From a virus (Duplodnaviria; Caudoviricetes), in IMG/VR virus record IMGVR_UViG_3300023174_000163, positions 1,102 to 65,101 of that record: a stretch of 64,000 nucleotides of DNA; one strand, 5' to 3'. Of this stretch, positions 9,468 to 18,997 are shown in pieces. The stretch's first letter is position 1, and the number at the start of each line of letters is the position of its first letter. Made by a program: the position numbers and the translations under genes. The notes under the pieces were generated by a model that worked only from the letters and a program-made list of their open reading frames with translations, searched no databases and had not been told where the DNA came from.

Positions 9468-12400
9468 TTTATTTCCTTTACGTTTAATGTGCCATCATCA
9501 AGTTTAGCAAGCACAACCTTGCACTTCATTCCTTCTCTCATTTTAGCTAGAGACATCTTATAGAGTGTTGGGAAAACAATTGCTCTAGTTAATTCCTTTT
9601 GAGCATTTGATAATACAATGTGGCTCATCATCTTGCCAGCCTTAGTTTTATAGTTAGTAAAGTTGACTACAATGTATTCATCTTCTTGTAAATCATATTC
9701 TTTTCTATAAAGATAGTCAACAAATAAGTCGGCTGCATTGGGATCAATTTCTTTTACATTGACATATCTAGCAATACGGTTATCTCCAACTAATATAAAA
9801 TACATTTGATTGGGTTCTATTTGAGTGTCTTCATGATGAAATAAACCAATGGTTCCTGTCTCATCAACTAACTCTACTCTTGCCCACCCATTTCCACGCT
9901 TAATGCTTTTAACCATACCAAACATAACAAATGAGCCTAAGTCGTCGAAGTCGTCAATAGGTCTAGCCTGAGCTTTAATTCTAGGTGGTATGCCAGCCAA
10001 ATTAAATGTTGGTATGCCTAAATACTCATAGTAATTATCTTTTTCGTCACCAGTTCGTGCATTGTCTTCAAACGCTGCACCGCCGATAGAGTTTAAAGCT
10101 GCTATTGCTCTACTATTAATTCCGCTTCCTTTTTTAGAAGCCTTGTCAATAAAATCGGCATAGTCAGCAAACGGCCTCTTATCCATAATCTTATTGGCAA
10201 TACTGTCTGATATAAACTTTACTTCAGCCAAACCAAATCTAATTCCATCATCCTGTAATGAAAAGTATATGTCTGATTCGTTAATGTGTGGAAGCATAAT
10301 ACGCAAGCCTAGGCGCTTAGCTTCAATTAAATATTCTGTTCTTGCGTCCTTGTCATTTTCGTTTTTAAGAATTGAAAACATGAACTCAAGAGGATAATAG
10401 GACTTAAGCCAAGCAGTATAATAACTAAGCATAGAGTAAGCAACAGCATGGGAGCGGTTGAAAGAATAACCAGCATGAGCCTCAAAGTCATGCCAAAGTT
10501 GCTCTGCTTTTTTCGGAGTAATTTGTTTTGAAGCCCCAGCAATAAACTGATCTTTGAATTGGTCAAATTCTTTTGCATCTTTTTTCTTTCCAATAATCTT
10601 GCGGACCTTATCAGCCTCTGACCAAGACATGCCTCCTAGGTGTACGCATGCTTGCATAACCTGCTCTTGATATATAATAACACCATATGTATTCTCAGTA
10701 AACTGCTTCATTATTTTATGCGTGTAATCAACGGCTTCTCTGCCATGCTTACGATTAATATACGCAGCACCTACTGTATTCATTGCTCCTGGACGTACCA
10801 ATGCATTAGAAGCAACTAAGTCTTCAAATTTATCCACACCCATTTTCATTAATAGGTTTGTATATGGTGTAGCTTCAGCTTGAAATACACCTTTCGTATA
10901 CCCCTCGCTTAACATCTGATAAACTTTTGGGTCATCCATTGTAAGAGAGGAAAGATTAATTTCTTTTTTATGCCTGCTCTTAATTGACTCTAATGTATCT
11001 GATATAACCGAAAGAGTCTTTAACCCCAAAGCATCAAGCTTAATTAGACCAATGTCTGCTACGGTATCCATATCGTATGCGACAACTGGGATTCGGCCAG
11101 ATACCTTGTCCTGTGCGTCTTCTCTTGATTCAACTGGAGCATACTTTCTTAAATCGTCCTTGGCTACAACAACACCAGCAGCATGTACACCAACTGATCT
11201 GATGCGTCCACGTAACCTTTCTGCCAGCCAGACAACTTCTGGATACCTTAATCTAAATTCTTTTGTATTTGGAGATTCCATAAAATCTTCAAAGGTGTCT
11301 ACTGGTTTTAATGCACGATTTACTTCTTGCAGCGGAACCATAAATACACGAGAAGCATCACGAACTACACCCTTATCTTTGAAATAAGTGTAGGTGGAAA
11401 TAGAAGCAACATGCTTAAATTTCTTTTTTAAATACTCTTTAACTTCCTTGCGTCTGCGGTCTTCAAAGTCTGTATCAATATCTGGAAAATCATTTCTTTC
11501 TGGATTAATAAATCGGAAGAAAAGCAGGTCATATTTAATTGGATCAACATCTGTAATGCCAAGAGCGTAGCAGACAAGTGAGCCTGCTGCCGAACCACGT
11601 CCAGGACCTACACGTATACCAGTGACCTTTGCCCAATTAATCATATCTCCAACAACCAAGAAATATGATGCAAAATTCTTTGAGGCAATTACGGAAAGCT
11701 CTTCCTCCATACGTGCCATATAAATATCATCTGAAGCCTTCCCAAGGCTCTCTAAGCCCTTTACAGCCAGCTCTCTTAGTCTTTCATCAGCATCGGTCTT
11801 AGGGACGGGCAGAAGGTCTAAGCCCTGATAGAAATTATAATCTGATACCTTATTAGCAATCTCCATAGTATTATCAAATATGTCTGTTCGATTAATTAAA
11901 GCCTTTTTAAAATCAACCTCAATTTCTTCACGGCTTTGAATAAATAAATTATAATTCTGGAATGAAATTCTACGGTCTGGATAAAGATAATTAAATCTAT
12001 CTAACATGTTCTTCATGTTGCGAGACATGTCAAAATCCATTTCTTTGTCAGCCTTTGGAGATGTAGATAATATGAGTAAGGCTTCTTCTAGGATTCTATC
12101 TTCTTCTTTAGCAAAGTGTGCATCACCTGTTGCCACCGCTTTAATTTTGAGTTTGTCTGCTAATTCTAGAAGGGCGGAGTTGATCTCCATAGGGTTATGT
12201 GATTGCACTTCCACGTAAAAATCTTGTCCGAAAGTTTGTTTAAAGCCTTTGAGAAGAAGTTCTGCTTCCTCCATGTTACCTTTATCGATAGCCTTACTAA
12301 TGAGTCCATTAAGACATCCGCTGAGAACGATAATACCTTCGCTATAATCATTTAATACCTCTCTATCAATACGTGGCTTATGATAAAAGCCTTCGTTCCA

Positions 12401-12733
12401 AGCAAGTTCTTGTAAAATATTTATATTCTCAAGACCCTTCTTATTCTTTGCAAGAAGGATGATGTGGTTGTAAGCCTGAATTGATTTATCTGTTTTAGAT
12501 GAACGATCAAATCTATCAGTTGGGGATATGTAAGCCTCAACACCTAAAATTGGTTTAATACCTAATTCTTTTGCGGCAATTTGCATTTCACGATGTGAGG
12601 ACAATGTGCCGTGATCTGTGATTGCAATTGCAGTTTGACCAGCATCTAATGCAGCCTGACATAACTCTTTAGGTGAATTTAATCCATCCATTAATGAATA
12701 ATAGGAATGAACGTGTAAGTGTGTAAAGCTCAT
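9464..12733 (-). CDS. dnaE: DNA polymerase III alpha subunit (family C)
   Basis: PHP domain HLHVHSYYS/TDHG; GPGRGSAAGS; FPDIDTDF; KLDALGL; YSFNRSH; C-terminal OB fold; no intein seen. Confidence 0.97.
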   Translation of the reverse strand: MSFTHLHVHSYYSLMDGLNSPKELCQAALDAGQTAIAITDHGTLSSHREMQIAAKELGIKPILGVEAYISPTDRFDRSSKTDKSIQAYNHIILLAKNKKGLENINILQELAWNEGFYHKPRIDREVLNDYSEGIIVLSGCLNGLISKAIDKGNMEEAELLLKGFKQTFGQDFYVEVQSHNPMEINSALLELADKLKIKAVATGDAHFAKEEDRILEEALLILSTSPKADKEMDFDMSRNMKNMLDRFNYLYPDRRISFQNYNLFIQSREEIEVDFKKALINRTDIFDNTMEIANKVSDYNFYQGLDLLPVPKTDADERLRELAVKGLESLGKASDDIYMARMEEELSVIASKNFASYFLVVGDMINWAKVTGIRVGPGRGSAAGSLVCYALGITDVDPIKYDLLFFRFINPERNDFPDIDTDFEDRRRKEVKEYLKKKFKHVASISTYTYFKDKGVVRDASRVFMVPLQEVNRALKPVDTFEDFMESPNTKEFRLRYPEVVWLAERLRGRIRSVGVHAAGVVVAKDDLRKYAPVESREDAQDKVSGRIPVVAYDMDTVADIGLIKLDALGLKTLSVISDTLESIKSRHKKEINLSSLTMDDPKVYQMLSEGYTKGVFQAEATPYTNLLMKMGVDKFEDLVASNALVRPGAMNTVGAAYINRKHGREAVDYTHKIMKQFTENTYGVIIYQEQVMQACVHLGGMSWSEADKVRKIIGKKKDAKEFDQFKDQFIAGASKQITPKKAEQLWHDFEAHAGYSFNRSHAVAYSMLSYYTAWLKSYYPLEFMFSILKNENDKDARTEYLIEAKRLGLRIMLPHINESDIYFSLQDDGIRFGLAEVKFISDSIANKIMDKRPFADYADFIDKASKKGSGINSRAIAALNSIGGAAFEDNARTGDEKDNYYEYLGIPTFNLAGIPPRIKAQARPIDDFDDLGSFVMFGMVKSIKRGNGWARVELVDETGTIGLFHHEDTQIEPNQMYFILVGDNRIARYVNVKEIDPNAADLFVDYLYRKEYDLQEDEYIVVNFTNYKTKAGKMMSHIVLSNAQKELTRAIVFPTLYKMSLAKMREGMKCKVVLAKLDDGTLNVKEIK

Positions 12734-12757
12734 TTATTTCCGCCGTTTCTTTTCATG

Positions 12758-12830
12758 TACCAAAGGTGGGATTCGAACCCACGCTGTATAGATTTTAAGT
12801 CTACCGCCTCTACCGTTGGGCTACTCTGGC
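12758..12830 (-). tRNA. trnL: tRNA-Leu(UAA), short variable loop, CCA not encoded
   Basis: Acceptor GCCAGAG/CTTTGGT+A; anticodon arm GTAGA-CTTAAAA-TCTAT; variable loop ACAGC; T arm GTGGG-TTCGAAT-CCCAC. Confidence 0.88.
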
Positions 12831-12834
12831 GTAA

Positions 12835-12856
12835 GGGAGCAGATTACTCTGCTCCC
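12835..12856 (-). other. 9-bp hairpin with GNRA (GUAA) loop between ssb and tRNA
   Basis: GGGAGCAGA-GTAA-TCTGCTCCC; only TT follows, so not a classic intrinsic terminator. Confidence 0.7.
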
Positions 12857-12866
12857 CGCCAAAGAT

Positions 12867-13544
12867 TTACCAGTCTAAGCTGCTACTTGTAGCAGTTGAT
12901 GCCTGATTCTCTCCGCCTGAAGGTTCTCCTGAAAAGAATCCTTCTTGTTCTGTGTAAGGTAGGTCTCTTACAGCAGATGTTTCAAGTGCATACAATTCTA
13001 ATGATGAATAATCAAATGCTGCTTCATCTTTAGCTAATGGGATAATTGTATAACTTGTATCTGTTTTTGTACCACTTCGCTTAATGCGCCACATTAAATT
13101 TGTAATGCTTCCCATTTCGCCAGCATACTCAATTAATGTTGGAGTAACAGTCTTTCCGCTGCTACCCTGTGATAAAATTGCAACATAAGGATCTTCTTTG
13201 CCGTCGTCTACTAGAACGTTAATGTAGAGTCGTGAACGACCCTTCCAGCCAGCCTTAAAATCTTTACGATGTTGTTCGCAACCCCAGCACTTGCCCTGAT
13301 CTTCCATTGTGCAAAGTGCCTTGCGGCGATAATCTTTTGGATTTGTATGTTCAACGGCAATAAAACCTAAGCCGTTTTTTTCATTATAACTTGGCGAATC
13401 AGGATCGAGCTCCTGTAAAAATCTAATTTTAACGCTTTCGCCGTCTTCTAACTTTACCCAGCGACCCTTTGTAGAATCTGACTCGCTGTACGAAGGCTTA
13501 TCTAGTGCCTTATTTAAATCTTTTAGTCCTTTAACGATACCCAT
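12867..13544 (-). CDS. Single-stranded DNA-binding protein (gp32-like)
   Basis: GESVKIRFL, Zn ligands H/C/CWGC, GTKTDTSYTI, tail ending SLDW; lies between primase and polymerase. Confidence 0.7.
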   Translation of the reverse strand: MGIVKGLKDLNKALDKPSYSESDSTKGRWVKLEDGESVKIRFLQELDPDSPSYNEKNGLGFIAVEHTNPKDYRRKALCTMEDQGKCWGCEQHRKDFKAGWKGRSRLYINVLVDDGKEDPYVAILSQGSSGKTVTPTLIEYAGEMGSITNLMWRIKRSGTKTDTSYTIIPLAKDEAAFDYSSLELYALETSAVRDLPYTEQEGFFSGEPSGGENQASTATSSSLDW

Positions 13545-13589
13545 TTTATCTCCTTATGTAGTTGATGGTATAAATCCATCTGTATTACT

Positions 13590-13598
13590 ATTATATCA
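13590..13598 (-). promoter_or_regulatory. Extended -10 promoter for ssb-tRNA-dnaE
   Basis: TGATATAAT overlapping primase stop; SD AAGGAG before ssb. Confidence 0.55.
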
Positions 13599-14594
13599 TT
13601 TATTCCAAGATCTGTATTCTATATCGGATACAGCATTTTTAATACAGGTTTTAATTTCTTCATCAGTCATATCGCCTGCATCTTTTGCTTCATGTGGATA
13701 TATCTTACCATATCCATAAGAAGCCCACAAGATGTCTTTTGTTCTAAGTTTATTTGCTATGCTTAAACCTAATTCTCTTCCAGCTAAATCTGCATCTGTC
13801 ATTACAGTTATTCTATTAAAATATTTATTTAATATTTGTTGTTGATCTTTAGATAAGAACCCGCCCAATGTTGCAACAACATTAGGGAAACCTGCCTGGT
13901 GAATTCTAATAGCATCAAAACTGGACTCAACAACTATAACATGGTCGCCAATTTTTTTAGCATTATGAACATTGAACATTGTTTTGCTCTTTGGAAGGTT
14001 TGTGCTATTCTTAAATGATTTGCCCTTAATTGATCTTCCAACAATTCCTATAGGCATCCCGTCTGGACTATGCACTGGAACAGTGACCATGCCAGTATTT
14101 TTAGAATAGCCTAAATTAAAATCAATAATAGATTGATTAAAAATATTCCTAGAAGCAAAATAATCTTTGCCTTCTGGTGTTATAATCAATTCACCATGCA
14201 GTCTATCCAATGTCTCCTGTGAGAATTCTTCAAACGTCGGCTTGTCTTCCATTGCATCTGCTAGCAACTCATCAAAATTTTCTAATGATTCCGTTTCTTT
14301 TGCAGATATAAATCTCATAGCCTCAAAATCATTCTTATGAGTTACTCTTTTAATTAGTTCTAGTAGGGTGCCCGCCTCACCGCATGAAGGATTAAAACAA
14401 ATAAATGCGCCCTTCTCACGACTTACGCTAAAGCTTGATGTGTGTCTATTAGAATGGAATGGGCAATAGCATAAGTAATCATTTGAAGTTTCTCCAACTA
14501 TATTTAAACCAAGCTCCTTTAAGATTGATTTGATATGGGCTGGAGAATATTGCGTGGAATCAACTTCCCTTGTGTTATGCCCTCTGATTGCCAT
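13596..14594 (-). CDS. dnaG: DNA primase (DnaG-like, Zn finger + TOPRIM)
   Basis: CPFH...CFNPSC; VVESSFD; TDADLAG; KDAGD; start placed at ATG 14594. Confidence 0.9.
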   Translation of the reverse strand: MAIRGHNTREVDSTQYSPAHIKSILKELGLNIVGETSNDYLCYCPFHSNRHTSSFSVSREKGAFICFNPSCGEAGTLLELIKRVTHKNDFEAMRFISAKETESLENFDELLADAMEDKPTFEEFSQETLDRLHGELIITPEGKDYFASRNIFNQSIIDFNLGYSKNTGMVTVPVHSPDGMPIGIVGRSIKGKSFKNSTNLPKSKTMFNVHNAKKIGDHVIVVESSFDAIRIHQAGFPNVVATLGGFLSKDQQQILNKYFNRITVMTDADLAGRELGLSIANKLRTKDILWASYGYGKIYPHEAKDAGDMTDEEIKTCIKNAVSDIEYRSWNK

Positions 14595-14821
14595 GCCTTC
14601 TTCTTTCCTACATAAACGCCATGGAGGGTCATTAAGAACTTCCATGTCTCACCTGTGAATTCTATCGAAAATGCTGGGTCTATGTCAAGTACCTTCACAT
14701 ACCCTTTTGATCTCATGTCATGAGTTAATAGATTTTCGTACTGTGGTCTTAAACTAATTAGCTGTGCATTGTCATAAAAATCAACATTGATTTGAAATCT
14801 TTTAATTCTTCTGTGAGTCAT
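14519..14821 (-). CDS. Hypothetical protein overlapping helicase end and primase start
   Basis: ORF MTHRRIKRF... Confidence 0.55.
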   Translation of the reverse strand: MTHRRIKRFQINVDFYDNAQLISLRPQYENLLTHDMRSKGYVKVLDIDPAFSIEFTGETWKFLMTLHGVYVGKKKAWQSEGITQGKLIPRNILQPISNQS

Positions 14822-16046
14822 TTTGGAATGGATTCTCATAGATCTCTTTGACGATACCTCTATTGATATCCCAATCTAAATACAAACCAAACTCATGGCC
14901 GTGTCGATTCTTTCTTGAAACTATCTCAATCATATTTGTTCCTGGATATCTATGTACCGCCATAGCCATATCAGCATCATACTCAATAGCCTTTGACCAA
15001 GCAACTTGGCTCATCATTGGAGGATTATCTTGATCAGATATATCGTCTGCAGTAGCTGCGGTAATATCAATAATTGGAATACTATTTGATACTGCAAGCA
15101 ACTTGAACTCACGAGAAATATTACGGTTACGCTCTACTTCTGAATTACTTCTTTTATTATCATTAAATAGCTGGTGGTAATCAAGGATAACTAGGTCTGG
15201 TTTATGCTGATCTATCTTACCCTGAATGGTTGCGGGAGTTACTTCTGTGTTGCCCTCATTCGATACTAAAATAAAACTATTTTTGTTTTGAAACTTCTTT
15301 GTACTCCATGAACGAAAATCATCAATGTTAATATCGCCCTTAGAAAAGTCACTAGCCTTAAATAAACCAGAGCCAAGCATTGTGTAAATGCGATCACGCA
15401 TATTTTCTGGAGACATCTCAAGAGATACAATCATTGGCTTAAAACCTTGCTCCCAAGCCTTGCATGCTAAGTAAGATGTGAACCATGTTTTACCACGGCC
15501 TGGCCAACCGATTGCTACAATTAAATGTCCTGGTGCCATTCCTGTTGGATACGCTAAATCAATTGCTTCAAATCCAGTTTTAATTCCTGGAGAGCCACCC
15601 ATTTCATCAGAACGTGCTTTAAGTGCATCCATATGTCTAATCGCTGACTCTGCATCAGTAATATCTAAGTCACGAACATTGTTTGTAAACCTACTTAAGT
15701 TTGCTAGCTGGCTTTGCATTTCTGCAAGCACTCTTGAAGCAGCATCTTCCTTAAGCATTGATCCGCTTTTAATTAAAATATTTTTTAGTCTATTTGATAA
15801 AAACTCATTCTTTAGTTTATCAAGGTAGTACCCAGTCTCTGCTTTTACTTCTACTGGCTCAAAGTCTTTGAACTTCTCAATTAGCACTCCAGCTTCTGGG
15901 ACTGCTTTAAACTTATAGTAGTATGACTTGAGGCCTTCCCAGATATCTCTATGGGAAGTAAATAGTTCGTCTACGTTGTCTGCTAATAATGTGCTTATAT
16001 CTTTGTTCTTACATACGGCAGAAATTAATATTGCTTCTGTGTTCAT
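14802..16046 (-). CDS. dnaB: Replicative DnaB-like helicase
   Basis: GWPGRGKT, SLEM, ILDYHQL, IEYDAD, KNRHG. Confidence 0.93.
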   Translation of the reverse strand: MNTEAILISAVCKNKDISTLLADNVDELFTSHRDIWEGLKSYYYKFKAVPEAGVLIEKFKDFEPVEVKAETGYYLDKLKNEFLSNRLKNILIKSGSMLKEDAASRVLAEMQSQLANLSRFTNNVRDLDITDAESAIRHMDALKARSDEMGGSPGIKTGFEAIDLAYPTGMAPGHLIVAIGWPGRGKTWFTSYLACKAWEQGFKPMIVSLEMSPENMRDRIYTMLGSGLFKASDFSKGDINIDDFRSWSTKKFQNKNSFILVSNEGNTEVTPATIQGKIDQHKPDLVILDYHQLFNDNKRSNSEVERNRNISREFKLLAVSNSIPIIDITAATADDISDQDNPPMMSQVAWSKAIEYDADMAMAVHRYPGTNMIEIVSRKNRHGHEFGLYLDWDINRGIVKEIYENPFQNDSQKN

Positions 16047-16366
16047 TCTATTCCGCCATTCTCAACCATTTTTTTCGTTTCTTCTAGTAACAAACGACGT
16101 CTCTCTTTATCCTTTTGGGCTTCAACCTCAACGATATCCATTCTATCAAAGTTATAGAAAAAGAATTGAAGTGGGTGCCCACCCTTTGGCAATAAAAAAT
16201 AATATACTAAAAGTTCCTTTGCACGATCAAATCCTACACTATCTATTACATCTTGCATAGCCCACTTCTCACGAAATTTATTTATTTGTGGTGTGCGACC
16301 ATACTTTTCTTTGTATAAAGATTGGTATAGGCTGATCAGTACATAAGGTTCTTTTTTATTTTCCAC
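16043..16366 (-). CDS. Hypothetical protein (replication module)
   Basis: ORF coupled to dnaB. Confidence 0.6.
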   Translation of the reverse strand: MENKKEPYVLISLYQSLYKEKYGRTPQINKFREKWAMQDVIDSVGFDRAKELLVYYFLLPKGGHPLQFFFYNFDRMDIVEVEAQKDKERRRLLLEETKKMVENGGIE

Positions 16367-16559
16367 GCTTTAGTTCTTCCTCCACCTCACGAGTTTTTTC
16401 AATAAGTTTATCTTCTACAAACTTATAAACTCTTTCAGTGGCAGACTCAACATTTTCGCCAAGGCGCAAATCATCCTCTACTCCTATGCCTATCTTGATG
16501 CTTTCGTAGTTACCAAGATTTCTAGTAAAGGATAGGTCTACTTTTACTTTTGTTGTCAT
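16356..16559 (-). CDS. Hypothetical protein (TRNLGNYESIKI motif)
   Basis: ORF; start MTTKVK overlaps upstream stop. Confidence 0.6.
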   Translation of the reverse strand: MTTKVKVDLSFTRNLGNYESIKIGIGVEDDLRLGENVESATERVYKFVEDKLIEKTREVEEELKRGK

Positions 16560-17041
16560 TACTCCGCCTTCCATACAGGTACAAACTTTCCGTCTTCTGT
16601 CTTAGTATACAATATAGTATTGTGTTTGAGAATAGCCAGCAATTCAGTTTTTGAAGGCAATTTTGAAGAGTGCCCGTCGTCTAAAATAAATTGATGTAAT
16701 TCTAATATGTCTTTTTGATTAAACATATATTTAGACCATTTACTATCTGGATTTCCAATTGGATAAACTCTATGAGGTGCCCTAATCTTTCCTTCAAGTA
16801 TGTAGTCTTCAATAGTTACTTTGTGCTTTCCTAATATTTCCCCGACCTGCGCCGTTGTAAAAGCATTCTCCATGTACTTAACTGCTTGAGAATAAGAATA
16901 CATCACACGCTTTTTATCTGGATAGCACCAGGCAATAAGCTCGTCCCTAGATCTTGATGACTTTAATACCTTATGTATTTTATCATTTAAGAAGAAATAG
17001 AGAAACTTCTTCGGTGTTGGAGTTCTCTGTCGTCTAACCAT
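16559..17041 (-). CDS. MerR/excisionase-type HTH DNA-binding protein
   Basis: FTTAQVGEILGKHKVTIEDYILEGKI. Confidence 0.7.
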   Translation of the reverse strand: MVRRQRTPTPKKFLYFFLNDKIHKVLKSSRSRDELIAWCYPDKKRVMYSYSQAVKYMENAFTTAQVGEILGKHKVTIEDYILEGKIRAPHRVYPIGNPDSKWSKYMFNQKDILELHQFILDDGHSSKLPSKTELLAILKHNTILYTKTEDGKFVPVWKAE

Positions 17042-17172
17042 TTTGCAAGCGCATTCGTTTCCTTATTAATCATCCATCTTTTTCCACACATAACGCAGAA
17101 TAGCTCCATGTGTAGTTTCTGTGAGAATACCCTATCAATGAATACTCTGCCGTCACACTTCTTACATCTCAT
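16987..17172 (-). CDS. Small zinc-ribbon protein
   Basis: CKKC...CVMCG. Confidence 0.65.
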   Translation of the reverse strand: MRCKKCDGRVFIDRVFSQKLHMELFCVMCGKRWMINKETNALAKWLDDRELQHRRSFSISS

Positions 17173-17975
17173 TATAGACTAAACAACTTTCCATCAACCA
17201 AGCATGTATAATTTGGAGATACATGAATCATTTGAACGTGTGGATATTCTCCATTTTCAATGTGTGCAATAGCAAAACCTTTTTGCCAGTCATGGTGCTG
17301 GGTATATTTCATTCCTGGTCCCTTTTCATCACACATGTGACCAATCTCATAGCCACGCAAAGTTTCGCCTTCACCATTATTTCTAAGTTCATATGTTACC
17401 ATATGCGAAGCAATTCTGTGTGAGTGACCTCTAATTAATGAAACCTGCATATCTTCCATATCTTTTCTTACAGATCCTGTTGCTGAAATTGAAAGTCCGT
17501 GGTGAACGTGTATGTCTCCAAATCGTTTCTTTGGCAATTCGTTATAGTAGATATAGTCGTAGCCTAATGAATCTAAAGACCACAATGATTCTGGTGTAAC
17601 ATCATTTAAATAGTCTGGAAGCTTTGCATCAACATAGTTAAAAATTCTAACGTCGTGATTTCCTAAAGCAGAAAACAGTTGTGCGTCTGGCAACATTTCT
17701 CTTGTCTTAGCATAAAAATCTCTAGCGCCTTTTGCCTCATGTCTCATCATTGGAACAATTAAGTCACGGCTATCATCTTTATGCAATTGCATAAACTCAG
17801 CAGAACGTCCCTCTGTATACTTGCTGTAACAGGCCTGATCGTCTGTATCTCCAAGATAGTCTACTACGTCTGGTTTAAACCACTTCATTACTTTAAACCA
17901 AAGAGCAATCATCTTATCATCTTGGTACGGGAATTGCTGATCGGATGATAGCATCCATTTTAAATCGTTTGACAT
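17172..17975 (-). CDS. Calcineurin-like metallophosphoesterase
   Basis: SDQQ, LGDTDD, LGNHD, HHG, GHSHR. Confidence 0.88.
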   Translation of the reverse strand: MSNDLKWMLSSDQQFPYQDDKMIALWFKVMKWFKPDVVDYLGDTDDQACYSKYTEGRSAEFMQLHKDDSRDLIVPMMRHEAKGARDFYAKTREMLPDAQLFSALGNHDVRIFNYVDAKLPDYLNDVTPESLWSLDSLGYDYIYYNELPKKRFGDIHVHHGLSISATGSVRKDMEDMQVSLIRGHSHRIASHMVTYELRNNGEGETLRGYEIGHMCDEKGPGMKYTQHHDWQKGFAIAHIENGEYPHVQMIHVSPNYTCLVDGKLFSL

Positions 17976-17993
17976 TAAATTACCTTAATAATT

Positions 17994-18017
17994 AAAAAAG
18001 TCACGAATACGTGACTT
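17994..18017 (-). terminator. Intrinsic terminator
   Basis: AAGTCACG-TATT-CGTGACTT followed by T run. Confidence 0.7.
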
Positions 18018-18019
18018 AG

Positions 18020-18058
18020 ATGTTACAGTAATTGTAACATATGATTACTGATTGTCAA
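18020..18058 (-). promoter_or_regulatory. Consensus-like promoter with overlapping palindromic operator
   Basis: TTGACA-16 nt-(TGT)TACAAT; inverted repeat ATGTTACA-N5-TGTAACAT at 18020-18040. Confidence 0.65.
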
Positions 18059-18061
18059 TGC

Positions 18062-18487
18062 TTAAGACTGAACCATTTGTACTGCTATCCATGTCACATT
18101 AAATGTGCTTTTAGCTGAATTAACATTTGATACCCAAATCTTTGGTGATGCTGTAGCTGCTCCAGCAACTGAAAGGGTTACTGAATCTCCAGTACCCAGA
18201 CCGCCAGACAAAGAAACAACAATGCGTGGTGGGTTAGAAGAGACGTTACTAAAACCAGTACCTAGATCTAAATCAAATGACTTAGTTGTACCTTTTGATA
18301 CGCCTGTACATTCTACAGTCCCAGCATTTGTGATTGCTTTAAATGAAGATGTTTGTCCATCTAATGTTGAGTTAAATAGATTATTAGCAGTTGAATAGGT
18401 TGTTACAATGTTTTCCTGCAATTTATTTAATTTATTTGGGTCTAGTGGTTCACCCTCGTTAAATGTAATTGTTTCAAATGTTGCCAT
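18062..18487 (-). CDS. Putative virion/tail-associated protein
   Basis: FNEGEPLDPNKLN N-terminus; beta-rich C-terminus ending VTWIAV. Confidence 0.55.
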   Translation of the reverse strand: MATFETITFNEGEPLDPNKLNKLQENIVTTYSTANNLFNSTLDGQTSSFKAITNAGTVECTGVSKGTTKSFDLDLGTGFSNVSSNPPRIVVSLSGGLGTGDSVTLSVAGAATASPKIWVSNVNSAKSTFNVTWIAVQMVQS

Positions 18488-18876
18488 TATAGTTCTTCTC
18501 CTAATTCATGCATACTTATTTCAAAAGCACTTACTTCTATTACCTGTGCTCTATCCAAACCATACTTATTAAATGTATCTGGGTCAACAATATGTCTCTT
18601 TTTATTTTGTGATATTAAATATAGTTTACCATCTGCTATGTTTTTTATCAAGGTGCCGTCTCTAAATCCCAACTTTCCCGCCAGTTTCATTCCAACAATT
18701 GCGGACTCCGTGGCATCTACAGTTGTAAACATCCATGACTTTGCAGCCCTATCTGATATAAGCTTAAACCTCTTACCATCTTTAATCCAGTAGACTGCCT
18801 TATCTGTCTTTACTGCAATTCCTGATGGGAAAATAGTTGGACTACTTACTATCTTCTGTTGCTTCTTCTTGAACAT
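18487..18876 (-). CDS. Hypothetical protein with two tandem ~55-aa repeats
   Basis: FPSGIAVK..VYWIKDGKRF / FRDGTLIK...LYLISQNKKRH; start placed at MFKKK. Confidence 0.6.
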   Translation of the reverse strand: MFKKKQQKIVSSPTIFPSGIAVKTDKAVYWIKDGKRFKLISDRAAKSWMFTTVDATESAIVGMKLAGKLGFRDGTLIKNIADGKLYLISQNKKRHIVDPDTFNKYGLDRAQVIEVSAFEISMHELGEEL

Positions 18877-18997
18877 CTTTTTCCATAAGTTGAGTAAGCT
18901 CTGCCCGTAGTATTGCAATCTGAGTCTCATAATTTGCTACAATCTCTCCAATGCGCTGCTGAAGGGCGGTGATAATTAATTCTGCCTTTGTTGACAT
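18842..18997 (-). CDS. Small coiled-coil protein (51 aa)
   Basis: Not in ORF track; MSTKAELIITALQQRIGEIVANYETQIAILRAELTQLMEKDVQEEATEDSK. Confidence 0.7.
   Translation of the reverse strand: MSTKAELIITALQQRIGEIVANYETQIAILRAELTQLMEKDVQEEATEDSK

Noticed and set aside
9464-16046. Inteins or introns in dnaE, dnaB, primase
   Set aside because: Proteins are of normal length with contiguous motifs; no splicing or homing endonuclease signatures seen
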